The notes: a model not told the origin generated them from the letters alone. Numbered from the stretch's first letter, positions 8,997 to 20,517 are shown. The stretch is 64,000 nucleotides of DNA from an uncultured Chloroflexia bacterium (GCA_963828165.1 CAWHDR010000001.1:1312001-1376000), one strand, 5' to 3'. Numbers and translations are program-made.

Positions 8997-10198
8997 TCCT
9001 CGGGTGGCGGCTCGACCGCCGGCATGTCGGCCAGCAGTCGCAGCTCGCTGCCGTCCAGTAGCAGTTCTGCGGTCACCCCGATCGACGATGCTCGCCCCTG
9101 GATCTCGCGCCATTTCGTGACGGGAAGCTCGACGATCGACTCACGCACAGCGGCCTCGGCGGCCTGGCGCTCATCCTCTTTGCGTTCCTCGAACATCGCG
9201 GCGAGGGCGGGTGGCAGCTCCTTGCCGGGCTCAGGAGCGGGAGCGTCGGCGTCCGACGATCGCGGCGGCTCCACGACGGCACGCGTCGCGCGAACACGCG
9301 CCTCGAGCTGGTCCGCCCAATCGAGGACCAGCGTGACGCGATCGGGGGCCGCCCCGAGATATGCGGCGAGCGCCTCGTCGAGCATCCGGAACAGTCCGCT
9401 CTCGAGGTCCATCGGCAGCCGGCGGTCCTGACCCATCGACTCGAACTCGACCGGGATGCCCGCGCGCTGGCCACGCTCCCGCGTGGCGCGACGGAGCGTG
9501 GGTACGAGGCCCAGGTCGTCGAGGACCATGGGGCGCACGTCGAAGATGAACGACTTGGTCGCATCGAGCGTGTGCTGGACCATCGCTACCAGCTGGCGGA
9601 CCTCGCTGGCTGCCGAGGCCGGATCGCGCGCGACGAGCCGCTCGACGATCTGGGCTTGGAGGACGATATTCGTGAGGCTCTGGGCGGGGCCGTCGTGCAT
9701 CGCCCGCGCGATCTCGCGGCGCAGGTCCTCCTGCGCGCCCAGGACCAGTCGTGAGACCGCCGCTGGCATCGGCGTGTCGTCGTCGGCCGGATCCAGACCG
9801 GCATCTGCCGGCGAGGTGCTTGTGGGCAGCACCATCGCGGCGTCCAGGCCACCCAGGGCCGCGAGGTATTCCACCAGTGCGTCCCGGTAGCGGGCCAGTG
9901 CGCGTCGCTTTCCCTCGAGCACGTCGACCTGGGTCTCCATCAGCGCGGCGCGCTTGGTCAGCGTCACGAGACTCGCGGTCTGATCCAGTCGCTCTTTCGG
10001 GTCACCGTCCTGGGTGAGCGCCGCGAACTTCTCGGCGGCCGCAGCACGCCGCGCCTCGTGCCGCGTGGCTTCGGACTTGGCCTGGGTGACGAGTTGGTCG
10101 ACCTCGCTCAGCTCCCCGTCGAGCTTGATCAGGTCGTCGGCGAGCCGGCCGGACAGGTCGCCGAGCGTGGCGGCTGGAGCGACCGGGTCGGCCATCAA
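8993..10198 (-). CDS. Cytoplasmic HisKA_3 kinase-like protein with a degenerate ATP-binding domain
   Basis: Coiled-coil N-terminus; H-box EIARAMHDGPAQSL; N and G boxes absent. Confidence 0.8.
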   Translation of the reverse strand: MMADPVAPAATLGDLSGRLADDLIKLDGELSEVDQLVTQAKSEATRHEARRAAAAEKFAALTQDGDPKERLDQTASLVTLTKRAALMETQVDVLEGKRRALARYRDALVEYLAALGGLDAAMVLPTSTSPADAGLDPADDDTPMPAAVSRLVLGAQEDLRREIARAMHDGPAQSLTNIVLQAQIVERLVARDPASAASEVRQLVAMVQHTLDATKSFIFDVRPMVLDDLGLVPTLRRATRERGQRAGIPVEFESMGQDRRLPMDLESGLFRMLDEALAAYLGAAPDRVTLVLDWADQLEARVRATRAVVEPPRSSDADAPAPEPGKELPPALAAMFEERKEDERQAAEAAVRESIVELPVTKWREIQGRASSIGVTAELLLDGSELRLLADMPAVEPPPEE

Positions 10199-10941
10199 TC
10201 GTCGGGCATCCGGATCCAGCCCTGGCGCATCGCGTACACCACGGCTTGCGTACGGTCATTCACGGACAACTTGCGCAGGATCGAGCTCATGTGGTTCTTG
10301 ACCGTCTGCTCGCTGATGGAGAGGGCGTAGGCGACCTGCTTGTTGGTCATGCCCTGGGCGATGTTGTCGAGGATCTCGACCTCCCGGGGCGAGAGCGGCG
10401 CGAAGATGGGGGCGGCTTCCTGGCCGTAGACCGCGAGCTCGCGGAACTCCTTGAGGACGCGCGACGCCACGGCCGGCTTTGCGAAGACCTTGTCGTTGAT
10501 CAGAAACTCGCCTCCGGCGACGCGGCGGATGATCGTGACCAGGTCGTCGGGACCGACGTCCTTGAGGATGAACGCCGCGGCTCCGGCCTTGATCGCGTCG
10601 AACAGGGCGTCCTCGTCCTCGTTGACGGCGAGGACGATGATCCCGGTCGAGGGCAATTCGCGCTTGATGCGCTGGGTCGTCTCGATGCCACCGGGTGAGG
10701 GCAGCGACAGATCCATCAGGATGATGTCCGGCGACGTCTCGAGAGCCCGGTCCATCGCGCTCCGGGCATCGTCGGCCTCGGCGACGACCTCGAGGTCCGG
10801 CTCGCGCGCGAGGAGGCCCGCGACGCCCGCGCGGAACAGGGCGTGGTCGTCGACGATCAGGATGCGAATCGTGTCCTCAGGGGTCCTGCGGTCGGGCCCA
10901 CCCCGTCGTCGGTCGACTCCGCCGAATTCAGTCGCACTCAT
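10195..10941 (-). CDS. NarL/DegU-family response regulator
   Basis: Receiver (VDDH, LMDLSLP, ILKD) plus LuxR HTH (LSPREVEIL...TVKNHMSSILRKL). Confidence 0.95.
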   Translation of the reverse strand: MSATEFGGVDRRRGGPDRRTPEDTIRILIVDDHALFRAGVAGLLAREPDLEVVAEADDARSAMDRALETSPDIILMDLSLPSPGGIETTQRIKRELPSTGIIVLAVNEDEDALFDAIKAGAAAFILKDVGPDDLVTIIRRVAGGEFLINDKVFAKPAVASRVLKEFRELAVYGQEAAPIFAPLSPREVEILDNIAQGMTNKQVAYALSISEQTVKNHMSSILRKLSVNDRTQAVVYAMRQGWIRMPDD

Positions 10942-12095
10942 CCGTTCTCCTTTACTCCCGTCCGGGCGCCCGTCGGGATCGCGAGTCGGACCACGGTACC
11001 GCCGTCCGGTCGAGATCGTACGTCGAAGCGCGCATCGATCAGTTCCGCTCGCTCCCTCATGAACTGCATGCCGAAGTTCCGGCGTCCACGCGCGGCCACC
11101 GCGCCCACATCGAATCCGCGTCCATCGTCGCGGATCTCAAGGGTCCAGGAATCGTCCGCGACGTCCGTGCTGACCACCACGGTCGAGGCGGCCGCGTGCT
11201 TGCGCACATTCTGCAGCGCTTCTTGGGTCACGCGCAGCGCGACCGTCTGCTGGTCGTCATCGAGGTTGTCGTTCTTTGCACGCAGGTCCGTCGTGACATG
11301 CAGGGCCGTGGTAGCCCGCAGACGGCCGACCGCGTCTTCGATCGCGCCATCGAGCCCGAGCTCGTCGAGCGCGGGCGGTCGGAGCTGGCTGATGAAGCCC
11401 CGCAGGTTGTCGAGCTCCCGACGGAGGAGGTCGCGCAGCGACCCGATCTCGGCGGCGATGGCCGGGTCTGCGGCGCTCATGCGTTCGGTGTAGTCGGCCT
11501 GGAAGATCGCGTTCGACAGCGCCTGGATCGGGCCGTCGTGGATGTCCTGGGCCAGACGTGCGCGCTCGGCCTCCTGAGCCTCGACGATGCGCATCGCGAC
11601 GTCTTCGCCTGCACCCGGTTCATTGCCGGGCGCCACCAGGGAGCTGTCGCCGCGCTCCAGGAACAGCCAGGTACGCGACAGCGTGCGCTCGGCGAGCTCG
11701 AGCCGGGCGAGGGCCGATCGGTGCTCCTCGAGCTCCTTCGCCACGGTGGCGACCTCACCTCGCAGCGACCGCTGCTGCGCGTCGCTTGCGCCATCGTTGA
11801 TCGTGTCGATGGAGCCGTCCCCGTCAACCGGAGCGGCGGCCGCCGCACTGCCCGCCCGCGATCGGCCGGCGCCGGGCGTCCGGTCGATGCCGTCCAGGTC
11901 GTCACGGAGCTCCTGCCAGCTCGTCAAGGCTTCAGCGTAGGCCTGGCGATAGCGCTCGCGGACCCCCCGGATCGTGTTCGCGCTGTACCCCACCGCCGCG
12001 CTGGCCTCCGCATGGAGCCCCTCGAAGCGGCTGTCCCGAGCGTCGGTCGCGCCGCCTGCAGCCTCCATCGGCTTCGGAGTATAGGGGCCGGTCAT
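10938..12095 (-). CDS. Cytoplasmic DegS-like sensor histidine kinase (HisKA_3)
   Basis: IHDGPIQAL, QEALQNVRKHA, DDGRGF and FGMQFMRERA motifs; no TM segment. Start taken at the ATG overlapping the upstream stop. Confidence 0.9.
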   Translation of the reverse strand: MTGPYTPKPMEAAGGATDARDSRFEGLHAEASAAVGYSANTIRGVRERYRQAYAEALTSWQELRDDLDGIDRTPGAGRSRAGSAAAAAPVDGDGSIDTINDGASDAQQRSLRGEVATVAKELEEHRSALARLELAERTLSRTWLFLERGDSSLVAPGNEPGAGEDVAMRIVEAQEAERARLAQDIHDGPIQALSNAIFQADYTERMSAADPAIAAEIGSLRDLLRRELDNLRGFISQLRPPALDELGLDGAIEDAVGRLRATTALHVTTDLRAKNDNLDDDQQTVALRVTQEALQNVRKHAAASTVVVSTDVADDSWTLEIRDDGRGFDVGAVAARGRRNFGMQFMRERAELIDARFDVRSRPDGGTVVRLAIPTGARTGVKENG

Positions 12096-13728
12096 GAGCA
12101 ATCGATCTCGTAGACCAGGACGTCCTCGAGGAGGTCCTCCCCGGCCGCCCCGGAGGTTGGCGACCCCAGGTCCACGGGCTGGAAGCATTCCGAGCCGGGG
12201 AGCCCGGCCTCGATGTCGGCGGGCCAGTGTTTCCCCTCGGGCGAGATGAGCACCATCAGACGGGTCCCCGGGAACGTGCGCGCCAGGTCCAGTATGTCCT
12301 CGGGCGGCTCGTCCGGCAGTGCCAGCGATGGGATGCGATTCACTTCCGCCATCCAGATCGGGAAGTTGGTGATGACCGGACCTGCCGTCCGATCGAGCGG
12401 TCGACCGATCGCTGCCATCCGGGCCCCAAGCTCCGCGTACATGTCTTGCGTGCCGTGCGACCCGCCTCCGAACGACGGCAGCAACGCGGCCGAGAAGAGG
12501 AGCGAGGAGCCAAGGCCGACGGCCGTGCCAAGCCAAGCGATCGGGTTGGTCCAACCCATGCGGCGACCCAATCGGGCGATGCCGGCGTCCAGGGCGAACG
12601 CCGCCGAGATCACGATCAGCACGTGCACGGGGGCGGCCGCGTGCAGGAACGTTCCCCACTGGGTCGCAGCCGGGAACAGGAGACTCGTGACGACGAACAT
12701 GATCAGGCTGATCCAGAGGAGCGGACGCAACGAGAGTCCGCGTCCGTGCCACGGCAGAGCGACGAGGCCGATGACCGACACGGGGATGCCCAGAAGGACG
12801 AGAACGTTGAAGAGGTTGTGGGCGAGCCCGGCGATCCGGAGCTCGATGAGCGCGGCCGGCCCGATCGCCAGATGGCGGGCCAGGGTCGGCGGGTCGTTCC
12901 AGGCGAAGATGTCGAAGCCGGACAGGTACAGGGCATTCGTCACGGCCTGCCCGGGCAGCGGACTGCCGAGGACGACCAGGTTCCGGTATGCCCAAGGCGC
13001 GAACACCACGGCGGCCACGACGGCGACGACCCCGATCATCCGCACGCGGTCGCTTCTGGGCCGGGCGACCGTGAACCAGACCAGCCCCGCCCAGATCAGC
13101 GCCAGCCAGACCGTCTCGTTGCGGGTCAACGCCCCCAGCCCCAGCAGCAGACCCAGCGCGACCAGCCGCGGATCGGTCAGCGCCGCGCTGCGCGGGTCAC
13201 GGAGCAGGCGCGTCATGAGGAGGCACGCCCCGAGCACGATCGCCGCGAACGGCATCGTCGAGTCGGGCAGGGACGAGCTGAGCAGCAGCGGCAGGTAGAC
13301 GGCCGTCGTGGCGCCGACACCGATGCCGACCCAGCGCGCACGTTCGACGCTGAGCTCCCGCTCCTCGGCGACATCGAGCGCGAGACGCCAGGCGAGGACG
13401 GACACGATCGCGCCGACCAGGACGCTGGAGACCTGCGCCGCGGCGAAGGTCGCTCCGAACAGCGCCATCGGGATCGCGGCGAGGAACGTCGGCAGGGGCA
13501 GCCAGACCTCGAACGCCGGACGGGGGAACATCCAGCGGCGGGGTCTGGTAGCTCCACAGCGCGTCGCTGACCAGTCCGCGGCCCTCGAGCAGGTTGCGCG
13601 CCACGCCGACGTAGTACGCGGTGTCCTCCGGTTTGGGGAACACGATCTGCGCCGCGAAGTAGCGCGCGTACGACCAGCGCGATGGCGAAGATCAGCAGGC
13701 CGGTCAGGACCGCCTCGCGACGACTCAC
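12092..13728 (-). CDS. ArnT/PMT-like GT-C glycosyltransferase (frameshifted in assembly)
   Basis: FPKPEDTAYYVGVARNL, WLPLP and GLGALTRNE motifs; multi-TM; pieced across frames. Confidence 0.75.
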
Positions 13729-15351
13729 GGCGCCGACTCCACCGGGTACACGGCCAGAACGCAACGGTTGGCCGACGGCGAGGACCGGTTCGCCCCACCA
13801 AGCCGGCCTCGGCCCGCCGTCCAGGATCGGCGCGATCGCGTCGACGCCGTCCTCGCGGTCGAGGACCACCCAGCGGATGTCGTAGGCGCGGGCGACCCGC
13901 TCGATGGTCTCGATCGGATCGTTGACGAGCACCACGCCGCCGCGCCCGCTCCAGTACTTGGTCCCGGACGCGTCGATGGACATGACGCGATCCGTCATCG
14001 AAGCGCCGGCGCGATCGAGGGCATCGGCCACCGCGACGAACTTGTCACGACTGGCGTCCCAGACCGCGTGCACGAACAGCGAGCCGAACAGCGCGGCCAC
14101 GCCGGCGAACGCGAGGGTCGCGCCGGTGAAGATCCTGGTGGCGGCCTCCCGATCCCACGCCCGACGACGCGCCGCGATCCACGCGACCGCCACCGCGACC
14201 CCTTCCAGCGTGAGGATGTAGGCATGGGGCGCGAGGGCGACCGCCGAATGGATGAACGTGCCACCCGGGACATGCACCGCCGAGACGACCGTCGAGAAGC
14301 CGAAGAGGAGCGCGGCATACGCGAAGAACGGGCCGAAGTCGAGCGACCGACGTCGGGCCCAGGCGCCGATCACCATGAACGGGGCCAGCACGAAGCCCGT
14401 GACCAAGCGTCGTGAAGATCATCACCGCCGATACCAGGCCACCGATGCGGGTCGCGAGGAACGGTCCGATGCCCATGCCCAGCAGGTGGTCGAGCGTGGC
14501 GGGCGCCGTGATGCTGTTCCATTCGCCGATGTCGCGGATGAAGAGGACGCGGCCCGAGGCGGTCGACGGGGAGATGGACCCGAACACCGCGAGCTGGCGG
14601 AGCCACCACGGCGACATCACCAGCACGAACAGGGCCACGCAGCCGACCGCTGCGGCGAACGGGATGGCCGGCCGAGGCTCGGCCTTCGGCTCCGGACGGG
14701 TCTGTCCGGCGGCGCCGCCCGCCAGGCGCGCCAGCGGTCCCAGGCGAACGCGATCCCGAGCGCGCCCAGGACCAGCAGCCCGTCATTCCGCGATAGCGTG
14801 GCGATCCCGGCCAGCAGCCCGGCCAGAACGAAGGAGCGGGGCGATCCTCGAAGGCCGCGAGCGCCCATCCACAGCGCGGCCGCGACCAGTGGCTGGAACA
14901 GCGAGAAGTTGTCCGGCTGGACCATGTACGTCAATGACAGGACCGGGATCGCGACCAGGAAGCCGGCGCCGATCGCCACGCTGCGACGCGCGCCGGCGTC
15001 GCGGGCGATGGCCCAGGTGAGCGGGGCGGCCGTGGCGCCGATCAACGCGAAGGGCAACGCCGATGCCCAGGCGACCTCGCCGAAGAGCAGCAGGAACGGC
15101 ACCTGGACCAGGGACGCGAGCGGCATCCAGTGGGCGTTCGACGGGATCGGGAGGACGGGATCGGCCGGCACGACGCCGCCGACCTCGGGGAAGATCCAGA
15201 TCAGGTCGATGTTGAATCCGTCGCCGGCCGCGAGTGCTCGCGCGACGTCCACGTAGTAGAACGAATTGGGGTACGCCGGGTCCGGAAAGTTCCAGATGAG
15301 GACCAGACGGACGGCGAGGGCGAGCCCGTACAAGAGGAGGGGAATACGCAC
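13725..15351 (-). CDS. ArnT/PMT-like GT-C glycosyltransferase, paralog of the downstream gene (frameshifted)
   Basis: PDPAYPNSFYYVDVARAL, HWMPLAS, GIATLSRNDG and GTFIHSA motifs; pieced across three frames. Confidence 0.75.
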
Positions 15352-15444
15352 GGCCGGTGCAGCGTAGCACCGGGTCAGGGCCCGGCCGCCCGGTACGAAT
15401 GGCCTAGCCTGGGGACCAGGGGGTCACCCCCAGGTCACCCTCTG

Positions 15445-16116
15445 TCAGGCGGCCTTGCGAGCGACGAACAGCACGTTGAAATGGAGCAGCGAGTAGCGCA
15501 GCGACACGATCTGCCAGCCGGTCAGCATCTCGCGGACCTCGTTGGGCAGGTACTCGTTGTGGAACGGCTCGCTGTGGGGGCAGGTGCTCGACAGGAACCG
15601 CAACTTCCAGATCGCCGATCGCGCCGGGACCGACCCGATGAGCACGCCGCCTGGCTGGAGGACGCGGCGGTACTCGGCGAGGGCCGCCGACGGATCGGGG
15701 ATGTGCTCGATCACTTCCGTGCACAGGACGGTGCCAAAGCTCGCATCGTCGAACGGCAGCGCCTCGACGTCGCCCTCGATGACGGTGTGGTTCGGCAAGC
15801 GCTGCCGAAGCAGGGCGATGTTGCGTGGGTTGATGTCGACGCCGACGGAGCCCTCGGGGAGGTGCCGCAGGTTGAGCCCGGTACCACAGCCGGCATCGAG
15901 GATCGGCGCGTCCGGCGTCGCGTACTTCGCGACCATCCGGCGCACCATCCAGGCGCGGTTCTTGTGGAAGAACGCCTCGAGGCCGCGGATGTTGTCGGCG
16001 ACGTCGACCCAGTCGTAGGTCTCGACGTCGCGGTAGTAATCCTTGACCCATTCCGACCACGCGGGCGTGCCGGGTTCGATCTCCACGCCGTGCGCGGCGT
16101 GCTCGTGCTGGTGCAT
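15445..16116 (-). CDS. Class I SAM-dependent methyltransferase
   Basis: ILDAGCGTG, GDVEALPF, CTEVIEHI and RVLQPGG motifs; GGAGG RBS. Confidence 0.9.
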   Translation of the reverse strand: MHQHEHAAHGVEIEPGTPAWSEWVKDYYRDVETYDWVDVADNIRGLEAFFHKNRAWMVRRMVAKYATPDAPILDAGCGTGLNLRHLPEGSVGVDINPRNIALLRQRLPNHTVIEGDVEALPFDDASFGTVLCTEVIEHIPDPSAALAEYRRVLQPGGVLIGSVPARSAIWKLRFLSSTCPHSEPFHNEYLPNEVREMLTGWQIVSLRYSLLHFNVLFVARKAA

Positions 16117-16276
16117 GTGTCCTCCAGTGTGGTCCGGTACAGGCGATTTTGGGTCCAACGCGCGCCTCTCAGAACCACCCGAAGGTCATGGGTCGATGCG
16201 GCGAGTCTACTGCCTTGACGAGGCGGCTCACATGGGGGACTGTCCAGCCGTCCCGCCGTTGGAGTGCGCGCCCCGC

Positions 16277-17443
16277 ATGGTTTCCCGATCCGATCCGCTT
16301 TCCGCCACGGTGGCGCGATCGCGCGGATTCCCCCGCGTTCAGCCCGAGACGCTGCGCCGCTACGCGCCGCTCATCGCGGCCTTCGCCTTCTCACGTCTGC
16401 TGATCGCCGGGGCGGCCCTGCTCGTCGAGGCAGGCGTGTTCGTCACGAACCCCCGCCTCCTCCACGGCGACCCGGCCCCCATCCTGCGCTCCCTGACCAC
16501 ATGGGACGGCGACTGGTTCGTCGGGATCGCGCGGAACGGCTACCACCTCGAGGCGTTCGGCGACACCGGCTATCACGACTACGCGTTCTTCCCGCTCTAC
16601 CCGATGCTCGTGCGCGTCCTGGCCATGCCGTGGCCCGACCTCGTCGGGTTCATCGCCATCACGCTCAATCTCGTCCTGTTCGCGCTCGCACTCGTCCTGC
16701 TCGTGCGGGTGGCGCGACCCCACCTCGGCGAGGCCCGGGCGATCCGGGCGGCCGCCCTGCTCGCCCTGTTCCCCTTCTCGTTCGTGTACACGATGGCCTA
16801 TTCGGAGACGCTCACGCTGATCCTCACCGTCGTGGCGTTCCTGGCGGTCGAGCGCGGGTACGCGGGACGCGCCGGGATCGCTTTCGGGCTGGCCTCACTG
16901 ACGCGGGCACAGAGCGCATTCCTCCTCGTTCCGCTCCTGCTGGCGTCCCGCAAGCAAGGCGGCAGCCGCCTGCGCTGGATCGCCCTCGGCCTGGGCCCGC
17001 TGGCGACGTTGTCCTACATCGTCTGGGTCGCGTTCTTCACCGGCTCGTGGAACGGGTACTTCGGGTCGTACGCGGCATGGGGCCGCAACGCCGGTGGCGC
17101 CGCCGCGGGTTCGGGCTCCGTCGCGACCGCGCTGGCCGGGCCGCTCGCCCTGTACTTCGCCGCACTGATGATCTGCCTGATGTTCGCGGTCGGCTTGTTC
17201 GTCTTCGTCCGCCGCGACCGGATCCCGCTCGAGTACGCGGCGATCCCGGCGATCGCGCTCGTCATGTTGCTCGTTTCGGGGAGCCTGGAGGCGGTCGGGA
17301 GGGTCGTGCTCCTGTCGTTCCCCTACTCGTGGATCCTCGCATCGCGCCAGCATCCGGCGTGGCGCTACGGCTGGCCGGTGCTGTCTGTCGCACTCCTGGC
17401 CATCTTCTCGACGCTGACCTTCGCCGGCTGGTGGATCCCGTAG
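16277..17443 (+). CDS. PIG-V/GT76-like mannosyltransferase (GT-C); start uncertain
   Basis: WDGDWFVGIARNGY, AFFPLYP, YTMAYSETL and LASLTR motifs. Confidence 0.85.
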   Translation: MVSRSDPLSATVARSRGFPRVQPETLRRYAPLIAAFAFSRLLIAGAALLVEAGVFVTNPRLLHGDPAPILRSLTTWDGDWFVGIARNGYHLEAFGDTGYHDYAFFPLYPMLVRVLAMPWPDLVGFIAITLNLVLFALALVLLVRVARPHLGEARAIRAAALLALFPFSFVYTMAYSETLTLILTVVAFLAVERGYAGRAGIAFGLASLTRAQSAFLLVPLLLASRKQGGSRLRWIALGLGPLATLSYIVWVAFFTGSWNGYFGSYAAWGRNAGGAAAGSGSVATALAGPLALYFAALMICLMFAVGLFVFVRRDRIPLEYAAIPAIALVMLLVSGSLEAVGRVVLLSFPYSWILASRQHPAWRYGWPVLSVALLAIFSTLTFAGWWIP

Positions 17444-17453
17444 TCGGCGTGAC

Positions 17454-18214
17454 CTAGCGCATCCGTGCCGCGATGACCGGCAGGAGCAGGATCGGGACGT
17501 CCTGCAACGAGTAGAGCAGGCCGCCCCCGGTCGAATTCGTGAGGGCGGTCACCCAGTCGAACCACAACGCCCCGAAGGGGATCGAGATCGCGATCCACAA
17601 CGCCAGCGCGATCCACCAGTTTCGACTGCGCACGCCGAGCAGGGCGAACGGGAACAGCGATGGCTTCAGCAGGACCCCGACGAATGCCCACCGAACGATG
17701 AAGCCGAGGGCCACCGCGGCCATCACCCACATGACGGGGTTCCCGGCGACCGTGCGCGCGACCATCGGCGGCCAGAAGATGCACAGGGCCATGAACGGCC
17801 ACGCGACGGGGGCCGGGCGAACGCGCCAGATGGCCCAGGTCGTGACGCCCAACGGGACCGCCCACCACAGGAATGCGGGCAGCACCGTGAATGCGACGAA
17901 CAACGGCAGGGCATTCGGCGCATAGAGGACATCGCCCATCTGGATCGGATAAGGCCCGGCGAGCTGATACGGCTCGAAGTACGACCCTCCGGCGAGCCAG
18001 CGGCGCGTGGCGTCCATGTACAACGTGTAGTCGATGCCACCGTAGCCGTTGAAGTTCGGTTTCATGGCGGCGTTGACGAAGTCCGCGATCGGGAAGACGA
18101 GGATCCCGAGCGAGACGACGGCCAGGATGAGGCGAACGCGCGGGGTGACCTCCGCACGGCGGACGGCGGCGTGGAGCCGTCGCTCATCGTGGGCTGCAGC
18201 GTGCCGGTGCTCAT
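17454..18214 (-). CDS. GT87/DUF2029-like glycosyltransferase (probable N-terminal frameshift)
   Basis: GIDYTLY..., VLYAP, GN and LLKP motifs; multi-TM. Confidence 0.65.
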
Positions 18215-18325
18215 CGCCGCTGAACGTAGCACCGAGTGCGCCGCCGACCGGATGGTACGAACGGGTACGGGCTGCCTCGCGCGAGGGACCCGAGCGCCGG
18301 CGTGGCGGGCCGTAGGATGGGGCCG

Positions 18326-19558
18326 ATGCGCACCGCCACGACCGCCAGTCCGCGTCCGCTTCCGGGTCGTGCCGTGGTGGCCGCCGTGGTGGCCGGGAGC
18401 ATCGCCTGGATCGGGGTGATCGCGATCGGGCTCCAGCTGGCCGCCCGCTCCGCATCGAGCCTCGGATTCGATCTCGAGCTGTTGATCGAGGCCGGCCGTG
18501 ATGTCGCCGCGGGACGATCGCCGTACGCACCGGAGCTGGTGTCGGGCGCGGCCCCGATGGCGACCAGCCTCTTCTACTCGTACCCGCCGCCCGTCGCGCA
18601 GGCGTTCAGCCTCCTGGCGGCGATCCCGTCGCGGGTGATCTTGTCCTGTGGTCCATCGGGGCGGTCGGCCGGGCTCGCTCGTCGCGACGGAGACTGCTCC
18701 GCCGACACCTGGCGCCGCGTCGGTCACGTCGCGAGGTCCTGTTCGTCGTCGCGGCCTGCGCGCCCTTGACGCTGCCGTTCGCGGTCGGCCTGCTGTTCGG
18801 GAACCTCGACGTCTGGTTTCCGCTCCTTTATGGGTTGATGTTGCTCGCGGCGATGGCGCCCGGGCGCGCGACCGCGGTCGGAGGCGGCGCGGCCCTGGCG
18901 CTGGCGACGCGTGAAACTGCATCCAGCGTCGCTGGGCCTGTGGTTCCTGACCCGGGCGGCCCGCGATCGCCGGGCCGGGGCCCGGTCGTCGGCCGGTCTG
19001 GTGGTGGCAACCGCGGCCGTCGGGGTCGCTGTCGTGGTCGGCGCCAGCATCGTCATCGGGGGCACGGCCTTGTGGTCGGAGTACGGGGACGTCGTCCGGG
19101 CCGGAGCGGGGGCGGCGATCGTCGATCCGCGCAACGCCGGCATCGCGGCCCAGATCGCGCTGCTCATCGGTGCCGATGATGCCTTCGCGCGATCCCTGCA
19201 CGTATTCGTGGCGGCTGCCGCCGTCGTCGTCACGGTCTGGGCTGCATGGCGCAGGGCCGACCCGGTCGAGAGCTTCGCCTGGGCGGCGGCGGCGTCGCTC
19301 GTGACGCTCCCCGTCACCTGGTACCACTACCCGAGCGCGATGCTCCCGGTCGCCGTTGCGGCGATGCTGCGCGCAACCGAGCCGGACACGCGTCGTGTGT
19401 CGGCTCTCGTCACGGCGGGTGCGGTCGTCGCCGCGATCTCACTGGTCTGGCTGCCGCTGCTGTGGGTCGCAATCGGTCTCATCGTGGCTGCGGCGCAGGC
19501 GTCGGCACCGGCACCGGCGCGCGCGCCGGCAGGGGCGCCGGATCCCGCAACCGGATGA
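18326..19558 (+). CDS. GT87/DUF2029-like glycosyltransferase (frameshifted)
   Basis: GFDLELL, YSYPPPVAQ, FGNLD, KLHP and PVTWYHY motifs across frames. Confidence 0.75.
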
Positions 19559-20357
19559 TCGCGAGCAGGATCACCCAGGACTCGATCCAGACGACCGGCA
19601 ACGCCAACCACACGGCGATGGGGACGGCCCAACGACGTCCGGTCAGGGCTCCCGCAGCCACGATCAGGGCTGCCGCGGTGATCCGCAGGTATAGGAGCTC
19701 ACCGCTGCCCGTGCTCCCTCGCAGGAACGAGAACCAGTCGAACCATGCACTCGGCGCCAGTAGGAACGAGACCGCGACGATGGCGAACGTCGTCCCGAGT
19801 GCGATGGCCAAGGAGCGCCACTCGCGGCGCACGATGAACCAGAGCAGCCCGACACCCGGGGTCACCTTGGTCAGGATGTTGAAGGCCCACAACGACGGCC
19901 ATCGGAATCCCAGGACGATCGCGGCGGCGATGAACAGATGGACCTGGCCGACGAACAGCTCGTACGTCCACGGCAGCAAGAGGATCAGCAGGGCCCACGG
20001 CCAGGGCCGGACGAGCCAGTACAGGACGAGCACTGAGGCGGCCGTCCACAGGACGAAGAACGCCTCGAACGGCAGGACATATAGCGGCGAGATGAACTGG
20101 GCGAAGGCGGGGGAATACAGGTAGGTCGAGTACTCGCCCACGCCGGAGCTCGCGTACGGATGCGCGAGGTCGACGCCCCAGTACGCCCGCGCATCGATCC
20201 CGACGAAGGTCCACGGATGGATTCCCTGGACGAAGAAATAGACGGCGGCACGGAGCAGCCCGATCAGGATGAGGGCGTCCCGAAGCGCACGCCGATTGCG
20301 ATGGGCGATCTCACCCAGACGCCTGGTGAACCTTCGGACGCGTTCCATGGCTGTCAC
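19479..20357 (-). CDS. GT87/DUF2029-like glycosyltransferase
   Basis: GIDARAYW, YLYSPAFAQ, GQ and TKVTPGVGLLWF motifs. Confidence 0.75.
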   Translation of the reverse strand: MTAMERVRRFTRRLGEIAHRNRRALRDALILIGLLRAAVYFFVQGIHPWTFVGIDARAYWGVDLAHPYASSGVGEYSTYLYSPAFAQFISPLYVLPFEAFFVLWTAASVLVLYWLVRPWPWALLILLLPWTYELFVGQVHLFIAAAIVLGFRWPSLWAFNILTKVTPGVGLLWFIVRREWRSLAIALGTTFAIVAVSFLLAPSAWFDWFSFLRGSTGSGELLYLRITAAALIVAAGALTGRRWAVPIAVWLALPVVWIESWVILLAIIRLRDPAPLPARAPVPVPTPAPQPR

Positions 20358-20517
20358 TCTCGGCCGTCCCGGCGCCCTCCCGCTATGCGCTCATGGTCCC
20401 AGTGGAAGTGTGGCGCACCATCCGATCCGGGGCGAGGGCCGCGCGGTAGTCTTCCGTCATGAACGGATGTCCGGACGTGCCTTCGTCGCGAGCCGACGAC
20501 GGTGATGGCCGCACCAC

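Noticed and set aside
10938-12995. 685-aa version of the DegS-like kinase
   Set aside because: The N-terminal extension overlaps the GT-C gene out of frame. The ATGA overlap at 12092-12095 gives the better start.
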